Positions 58,280 to 64,000 of a stretch of 64,000 bases of DNA are shown here, one piece after another. The notes beneath the pieces are model-generated. The model ran no database searches, had not been told where the DNA came from, and worked only from the letters and a program-made list of their open reading frames with translations. How positions within the stretch are numbered: position 1 is the first letter of the stretch; every line of letters starts with the position of its first letter. The stretch comes from Arenicellales bacterium (GTDB lineage: Bacteria; Pseudomonadota; Gammaproteobacteria; Arenicellales; JAHEKD01). The stretch is taken from positions 387,859 to 451,858 of the forward strand of contig OZ242007.1 in NCBI GenBank assembly GCA_965204695.1, read 5' to 3'. The position numbers and the translations under genes were made by a program.

Positions 58280-60061
58280 ATGAAAATGACCACTGAAGAA
58301 GCCTTCATCAAGGTATTACAAATGCACGGCATTGAACACGCTTTTGGAATAATTGGTTCGGCCATGATGCCCATTTCTGATTTATTTCCGGAAGCCGGAA
58401 TCACTTTCTGGGATTGTGCCCACGAATGTAATGCAGGCATGAGTGCCGATGGCTACTCCAGGGCAACTGGCAAAATGAGTATGGCCATTGCCCAAAACGG
58501 ACCGGGTATTACTAATTTTGTTACCCCTATCAAAACGGCTTATTGGAATCATACTCCGCTGTTATTAGTAACTCCTCAGGCTGCTAACAAAACCATTGAA
58601 CAAGGTGGATTCCAGGAAATCAAGCAAATGGCCGCATTTGAGGACATGGTTTGTTATCAAGAAGAGGTACGTGATCCTACTCGTATTGCTGAGGTTCTTA
58701 ATCGTGTTATTGAAAATGCCTGGCGTGGTTCGGCACCCGCTCAAATCAACGTCCCACGTGATTATTGGACTCAGGTCATTGATATTGAATTGCCACAAAT
58801 TGTTCGCCTTGAACGCTCACCTGGTGGACCCGCTGCAATTCAACAAGCCGCCGAGCTATTGTCCGCAGCTAAATTCCCGGTCATTTTAAATGGAGCGGGC
58901 GTAATTCTAGGCAATGCGATTGATGCCTCCAGGCAGCTAGCAGAGCGACTGGATGCACCCGTGTGCTGTAACTACCAGCACAACGACGCCTTTCCAGGAT
59001 CACATCCCCTGTATGCGGGCCCGTTAGGCTATAACGGCTCTAAAGCCGGGATGGAATTAATCTCTAAGGCTGATGTAATACTCGCCCTGGGTAACCGCCT
59101 CAATCCATTTTCAACATTGCCTGGTTACGGCATCGATTACTGGCCCAAAAATGCAAGAATCATCCAGGTTGATATCAATGCCAGCCGGATTGGTTTAACT
59201 AAAAAAGTAGATGTTGCTATTCAGGGAGATGCCAAACAGGTTGCCATGCAGATACTCGAACAACTAAGCGATAGCGCCGGCGATACTGATCGTGAGGCCA
59301 GAAAGCAGCTTGTCGCCAAAACCAAGACTGACTGGGAACAAGAATTGGCATCGATGGATCATGAAGAGGATAATGATGAGGGAATCACCTGGAATCAACG
59401 TTCACGAGAACGTCATCCTGACCGATTATCCCCGCGACAAGCCTGGCGTGCGATAATGGCAGCATTACCCAAGGATGCCATCATCTCAACCGACATCGGT
59501 AATAACTGTGCTATTGGTAATGCTTACCCTAGCTTCGATCAAGGACGCAAATATCTTGCTCCAGGCTTATTTGGCCCCTGCGGTTATAGTTTCCCAGCAA
59601 TTCTAGGTGCAAAAATCGGTTGTCCTGACGTACCTGTTGTCGGTTTTGCCGGTGATGGTGCTTTTGGCATTTCCATGAATGAGATGACAGCCTGCGGTCG
59701 ATCTGAGTGGCCGGCAATCACCATGGTCATTTTTCGCAACTATCAATGGGGCGCTGAAAAACGTAACACTACATTGTGGTATGAAGATAATTTCGTCGGC
59801 ACTGAACTCGATGCGGACGTGAGTTACGCAAAAATCGCCTTGGCTTGTGGAGTAAGAGGAGTACAAGCGTCAAGCATGGATGAGCTTACTGATAAACTGA
59901 ATGAGGCAATTGACTTGCAAATGAAAGAAGGTCAAACAACGTTTATCGAAGCTATACTAAATCAGGAACTTGGTGAGCCGTTCAGGCGAGACGCAATGAA
60001 GGCCCCTGTTCCGGTAGCGGGCATTAATCCTAACGATATGCAGCCTCAGGTTAACACCTAA
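58280..60061 (+). CDS. xsc: Sulfoacetaldehyde acetyltransferase (ThDP enzyme), copy 2
   Basis: Start at MKMTTEEAF (AAGGA SD). About half of the first 100 aligned residues are identical to copy 1 by eye. ThDP motif AGDGAFGISMNEMTACGRSEWPAITMVIFRNYQWGAEKRN. Confidence 0.8.
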   Translation: MKMTTEEAFIKVLQMHGIEHAFGIIGSAMMPISDLFPEAGITFWDCAHECNAGMSADGYSRATGKMSMAIAQNGPGITNFVTPIKTAYWNHTPLLLVTPQAANKTIEQGGFQEIKQMAAFEDMVCYQEEVRDPTRIAEVLNRVIENAWRGSAPAQINVPRDYWTQVIDIELPQIVRLERSPGGPAAIQQAAELLSAAKFPVILNGAGVILGNAIDASRQLAERLDAPVCCNYQHNDAFPGSHPLYAGPLGYNGSKAGMELISKADVILALGNRLNPFSTLPGYGIDYWPKNARIIQVDINASRIGLTKKVDVAIQGDAKQVAMQILEQLSDSAGDTDREARKQLVAKTKTDWEQELASMDHEEDNDEGITWNQRSRERHPDRLSPRQAWRAIMAALPKDAIISTDIGNNCAIGNAYPSFDQGRKYLAPGLFGPCGYSFPAILGAKIGCPDVPVVGFAGDGAFGISMNEMTACGRSEWPAITMVIFRNYQWGAEKRNTTLWYEDNFVGTELDADVSYAKIALACGVRGVQASSMDELTDKLNEAIDLQMKEGQTTFIEAILNQELGEPFRRDAMKAPVPVAGINPNDMQPQVNT

Positions 60062-60070
60062 TCTGTTTTA

Positions 60071-60128
60071 GTGACAACTTTGTCTTGAGATTTGCTATGC
60101 TTTGCGTGCACAATCTCAAGACTGTCAC
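60071..60128 (+). other. Long interrupted stem-loop between xsc copy 2 and the molybdoenzyme gene
   Basis: GTGACA..GTCTTGAGATT-N19-AATCTCAAGAC-TGTCAC: an 11-bp perfect stem plus a 6-bp outer stem. No T-tract follows. Confidence 0.5.
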
Positions 60129-60191
60129 CTATTAATTTTGTATTTTGGACCCGTTACATCTGAACGCACGGATTTTATAATTACGGCACAA

Positions 60192-63020
60192 ATGATTAAG
60201 CACAAACAACCAGACATTAACTTGTCACCCCAGGTCTCTGACGAAATTCGTAAGACCACTTGTTATATGTGTGCCTGCCGCTGCGGCATAAATGTACACA
60301 TGAAAAACGGCAAAGTTGCCTATATTGAAGGCAATCGTGATCATCCTGTCAATCGAGGTGTGCTTTGCGCCAAAGGCTCGTCTGGAATTATGCAAGTCAA
60401 TGCACCGTCTCGGTTACGAGCCCCACTTAAACGAGTCGGCCCTCGAGGCTCAGGTGAATTTGAAGAAATAACTTGGGACAAAGCACTGGATTTAGCCATT
60501 ACCTGGTTAAAGCCCGTTCGCGAAACCTGCCCTGAAAAATTAGCGTTTTTCACCGGTCGCGATCAATCGCAAAGTTTTACTAGTTTCTGGGCTCAAGCTT
60601 ATGGCACACCAAATTATGCAGCTCATGGTGGCTTTTGTTCTGTCAATATGGCAGCGGGAGGCATCTACACGATGGGCGGTGCCTTTTGGGAATTTGGCCA
60701 ACCTGATTGGGATCGCACCAAATTATTCATGATATTTGGTGTCGCAGAAGACCATGATTCTAATCCTATCAAAATGGGCATAGGGAAAATCAAAAAACGT
60801 GGCGCCAAGGTTATCGGTGTAAATCCTATACGCTCGGGTTATAACGCCGTTGCTGACGAATGGATTGGTATTACGCCTGGTACCGACGGTTTATTTATTC
60901 TCTCAATTGTTCACGAGCTATTAAAAGCCGGAAAAATTGACCTTGATTATTTAGCCAATTTCACTAACGCTGCTGTATTAGTCAATGGCGAACAAGGAAC
61001 TAAGGATAGTGGCTTATTATTACGTGATAAAGATGGAAAAATGTTGGTCATTGATCGCAAAACAGGCAAGCCAACGGCATTCGACCAAGCTGATGTTAAT
61101 CCGAATTTAGCAGGTACGTTAGAGCGAGACGGAGTCATCCATAAAACTGTATTCCAGCACTTGAGCAAACGTTATCTCAGTGATGATTACGCGCCAGAAA
61201 ATGTTGCCCAAAAGTGTGGCATACCAGCGCCCAGAATAAAACGTATTGCTGCGGAATTAGCACGAGTCGCTTTTGACGAAGCTATTGAGATTCAACAAAC
61301 TTGGACAGACTTTCGCGGCAACAAACATGAAAAAATGATTGGCCGTCCGGTCTCATTTCATTCTATGCGAGGAGTTTCGGCCCACTCAAACGGCTTTCAA
61401 ACCTGCCGCGCCTTACATTTATTACAAATTATCCTTGGCTCTGTTGAAGTACCGGGAGGTTTTAGATTCAAACCGCCTTATCCCAAACCAGTCGATGCCC
61501 ACCCTAAGCCACATTGTAAATCCGAACCTGGAAGTCCTTTGAACGGTCCTCATCTGGGCTTTGTGCGTGGACCTGAAGATCTTATCCTAAAAGAAGACGG
61601 TAGCCCGGCTCGAATTGATAAAGCATTTACATGGGAAAACCCCATGTCGGCCCATGGATTGATGCATATGGTCATCTCAAATGCCCATGCCGGTGACCCG
61701 TATCCAATTGATGTGCTATTCATGTATATGGCAAATATGTCTTGGAACAGCAGCATGAATACCCGTGGTGTTATCAACATGCTCACTGACAAAAATGAGC
61801 ACGGCGAATATGTCATTCCCAAAATTATTTACTCAGATGCCTACTCCTCTGAAATGGTGGCTTATGCAGATTTAATATTGCCGGACACTACTTACTTGGA
61901 ACGCCATGATTGTATAAGTCTATTGGATCGTCCGATTTGCGAGGCAGATGGTGCCGCAGATGCCATCCGCTGGCCGGTTATCCAGCCGGATCGTGAAGTT
62001 AGAGGTTTTCAATCTGTATTATGTGACTTAGGTGCACGTTTAGGCCTAAATGGATTCGTTAACGAAGACGGCACAGCAAAGTATATAGATTATGCAGATT
62101 ACATCGTCAATCACGAGCGCAGACCCGGTGTCGGCCCATTAGCGGGCTTCCGTGGTAAAGACGGAAAAGATATTGGCCGAGGCGAGGTAAATCCTAATCA
62201 GTTACAACAATATATCGACAATGGTGGGTTTTTTATTAACCACGTTCCTGATGAAGCTGCTTTTTACAAACCTTGGAACAAAGCCTATCAGGACTGGGCA
62301 GTCGGCATCGGTATTTATGATACTCCGCAGCCTTACATTTTTGATCTTTATTGTGAAACCCTACGCAAATTTCAACTTGCTGCGGAAGGTTTCGGCGAGC
62401 GACAACCGCCTGATCACTTAAGGGAGCGAATCAAACAGACTCACGACCCTTTGCCTATTTGGTACAAGCCATTTGAACAAACGCAAATTGATGAGGACGA
62501 ATACCCTATTCATGCGCTTACCCAAAGACCAATGGCGATGTACCATAGCTGGGGCACTCAAAATGCCTGGTTGAGACAGATTCATGGGCGCAATCCTTTG
62601 TATGTACCAACTAAAATTTGGAATGAGCATGATTTTGAAGATGGAGATTGGGCTAAGGTCAGTTCTATACATGGTGAAATCACCGTGCCCGTAGCGCATA
62701 TGGCCGCGTTAAACGAGAATACTGTCTGGACCTGGAATGCAATCGGCAAACGTAAAGGCGCTTGGGCTTTAGATGAGAATGCTCCAGAGGCCACAAAAGG
62801 TTTCTTACTTAACCATTTAATTCACGAATTACTCCCAGGTGAAGGCGATGGTTTGCGCTGGTCTAACTCCGATCCGATCACAGGACAAGCCGCCTGGTTT
62901 GACTTGCGCGTAAAAATCGAGAAAGTAGACGCTTTATTACAAACCCAGCCTGGTTTTGCGCCCATTAAATCGCCTGTTGGCAGAGGCCCAAAAGATTTGA
63001 GTTGGCAAGTCGGATCGTAA
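60192..63020 (+). CDS. soeA: Cytoplasmic molybdopterin oxidoreductase, SoeA-like sulfite dehydrogenase catalytic subunit
   Basis: Start moved to MIKHKQPD (no strong SD). N-terminal Fe-S motif CYMCACRCG..x..LCAKG, no twin-arginine signal, about 940 aa. Followed by Fe-S and membrane-anchor subunits. Sits directly after the sulfite-releasing Xsc. Confidence 0.6.
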   Translation: MIKHKQPDINLSPQVSDEIRKTTCYMCACRCGINVHMKNGKVAYIEGNRDHPVNRGVLCAKGSSGIMQVNAPSRLRAPLKRVGPRGSGEFEEITWDKALDLAITWLKPVRETCPEKLAFFTGRDQSQSFTSFWAQAYGTPNYAAHGGFCSVNMAAGGIYTMGGAFWEFGQPDWDRTKLFMIFGVAEDHDSNPIKMGIGKIKKRGAKVIGVNPIRSGYNAVADEWIGITPGTDGLFILSIVHELLKAGKIDLDYLANFTNAAVLVNGEQGTKDSGLLLRDKDGKMLVIDRKTGKPTAFDQADVNPNLAGTLERDGVIHKTVFQHLSKRYLSDDYAPENVAQKCGIPAPRIKRIAAELARVAFDEAIEIQQTWTDFRGNKHEKMIGRPVSFHSMRGVSAHSNGFQTCRALHLLQIILGSVEVPGGFRFKPPYPKPVDAHPKPHCKSEPGSPLNGPHLGFVRGPEDLILKEDGSPARIDKAFTWENPMSAHGLMHMVISNAHAGDPYPIDVLFMYMANMSWNSSMNTRGVINMLTDKNEHGEYVIPKIIYSDAYSSEMVAYADLILPDTTYLERHDCISLLDRPICEADGAADAIRWPVIQPDREVRGFQSVLCDLGARLGLNGFVNEDGTAKYIDYADYIVNHERRPGVGPLAGFRGKDGKDIGRGEVNPNQLQQYIDNGGFFINHVPDEAAFYKPWNKAYQDWAVGIGIYDTPQPYIFDLYCETLRKFQLAAEGFGERQPPDHLRERIKQTHDPLPIWYKPFEQTQIDEDEYPIHALTQRPMAMYHSWGTQNAWLRQIHGRNPLYVPTKIWNEHDFEDGDWAKVSSIHGEITVPVAHMAALNENTVWTWNAIGKRKGAWALDENAPEATKGFLLNHLIHELLPGEGDGLRWSNSDPITGQAAWFDLRVKIEKVDALLQTQPGFAPIKSPVGRGPKDLSWQVGS

Positions 63021-63024
63021 CACT

Positions 63025-63771
63025 ATGACTGATCTACCAAAACAAACCCAACGAAAACTAGGTCTGGTCATCGATCTTGATACTTGCGTCGGCTGCCATG
63101 CCTGTGTCACTGCTTGTAAGGGCTGGAACACGGAAAACTATGGCGCGCCCTTGTCGGACACAGGTGCTTATGGCAGCGATCCAGTCGGAACTTTTCTTAA
63201 TCGAATCCATAGTTACGAAGTGCAGCCTGAACAAGGTTGTGCCCAGACCATCCATTTCCCTAAATCCTGTTTACATTGTGATGATGCACCCTGTGTCACT
63301 GTCTGTCCAACCGGTGCAAGTTACAAACGTGTGGAAGATGGCATCGTATTAGTTAACGAAGATCATTGTATTGGTTGTGGATTATGTGCATGGGCCTGTC
63401 CTTATGGTGCCCGAGAGATGGACGAAACGGCCGGTGTAATGAAAAAGTGCACCTTATGTGTCGATCGAATTTACAATGAAAATCTACCTCAAGAAGATCG
63501 AGTTCCAGCTTGTGTACGAACGTGTCCGGCAGGTGCAAGACATTTTGGAGATTTTAGCGACCCGCAAAGTAACGTTAGTCAACTCATTGCTGAACGCGGC
63601 AGTTTAAACTTAATGCCGGAACAAAATACCAATCCTGTCAATCAATATTTACCACCCAGAGCTAAAGATACCTGGACTGAAGTCGATTCGACTAGCAATA
63701 ATATGCAACCTGTTGCTAAAGAACCCAAAGGTTTCCTTGCCTGGTTAGATAAAACACTGGAGCAACTCTGA
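63025..63771 (+). CDS. soeB: 4x[4Fe-4S] ferredoxin-type subunit (SoeB/DmsB-like)
   Basis: 248 aa. Cys clusters CVGCHACVTAC, CLHCDDAPCVTVCP, CIGCGLCAWACP, CTLC..CVRTCP. Confidence 0.65.
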   Translation: MTDLPKQTQRKLGLVIDLDTCVGCHACVTACKGWNTENYGAPLSDTGAYGSDPVGTFLNRIHSYEVQPEQGCAQTIHFPKSCLHCDDAPCVTVCPTGASYKRVEDGIVLVNEDHCIGCGLCAWACPYGAREMDETAGVMKKCTLCVDRIYNENLPQEDRVPACVRTCPAGARHFGDFSDPQSNVSQLIAERGSLNLMPEQNTNPVNQYLPPRAKDTWTEVDSTSNNMQPVAKEPKGFLAWLDKTLEQL

Positions 63772-64000
63772 TGCACCCCGCTCCGTCGATCATTATTTTT
63801 ACTGTATTGTCCGGCTTAGGTTTTGGACTGCTATTCTGGCTAGGCTTAGGCATTCCCGATTTAGAAGGTTGGGATGCTTTTGGAATCTATCTAGTTGGTT
63901 TTGCCTGCTCAGTCATTGGCTTGGTAGCTTCAACTTTTCACCTGGGCAATCCACAACGCGCCTGGCGGGCTTTTACACAGTGGCGCACTAGTTGGTTAAG
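63771..64000 (+). CDS. soeC: Membrane anchor subunit (SoeC/DmsC/NrfD-like), N-terminal fragment; continues beyond the right edge
   Basis: ATG overlaps the preceding TGA (TGATG). Reads MHPAPSIIIFTVLSGLGFGLLFWLG..STFHLGNPQRAWRAFTQWRTSWL, typical of DmsC-type anchors. Absent from the track because no stop lies in the window. Confidence 0.6.
   Translation, partial: MHPAPSIIIFTVLSGLGFGLLFWLGLGIPDLEGWDAFGIYLVGFACSVIGLVASTFHLGNPQRAWRAFTQWRTSWL

Overview
AT-rich 64-kb chromosomal window whose gene content suggests a marine gammaproteobacterium (inference only). I support about 50 protein-coding genes, one intact IS element, two pseudogene remnants, several terminators and operators, and two families of intergenic hairpin repeats. 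I found no rRNA, tRNA, CRISPR array or recognisable phage-defence system.

Layout, left to right:
- 1-7.9 kb: a minus-strand NRPS operon cut by the left edge. It runs FAAL-ACP-C loading protein, two tandem TauD/SyrP-like hydroxylases, then an NRPS that opens with a condensation-like domain lacking the catalytic His motif.
- 8.8-15.8 kb: a long minus-strand array (Na+/alanine symporter, Usp, PdxH, YbdK-type ligase, N-formylglutamate-amidohydrolase-like protein, ChrA, rhodanese-ChrB).
- 16.1-19.7 kb: a secreted collagen-repeat/beta-helix protein, with an IS4/IS1380-like element inserted 131 bp upstream of it.
- 19.9-25.1 kb: EamA transporter, MetE-like methyltransferase, cupin-XRE regulator, DMGDH-like oxidoreductase.
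- 25.3-30.3 kb: a MarR-controlled RND/LolA-like/OM-barrel exporter cassette.
- 30.6-37.8 kb: TonB receptor, periplasmic binding protein and hybrid kinase, facing a REC-LuxR regulator. A 16-bp palindromic box there recurs in front of an sRNA-like unit.
- 39.3-49.5 kb: a peptide-type ABC importer with an enolase-superfamily enzyme, a ureohydrolase and a MocR regulator.
- 50.3-64 kb: an organosulfonate island (ald, two xsc paralogues, pta, IclR + GMC dehydrogenase resembling iseR/iseJ, a TRAP transporter reduced to a deletion scar, soeABC-like sulfite dehydrogenase).

Best candidates for something new:
- the NRPS operon with its His-less C-like domain and paired hydroxylases;
- the palindromic-box regulon with its putative sRNA;
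- the collagen/beta-helix protein;
- the rearranged sulfonate island.

All functional calls rest on motifs I could read in the translations. No database search was run.
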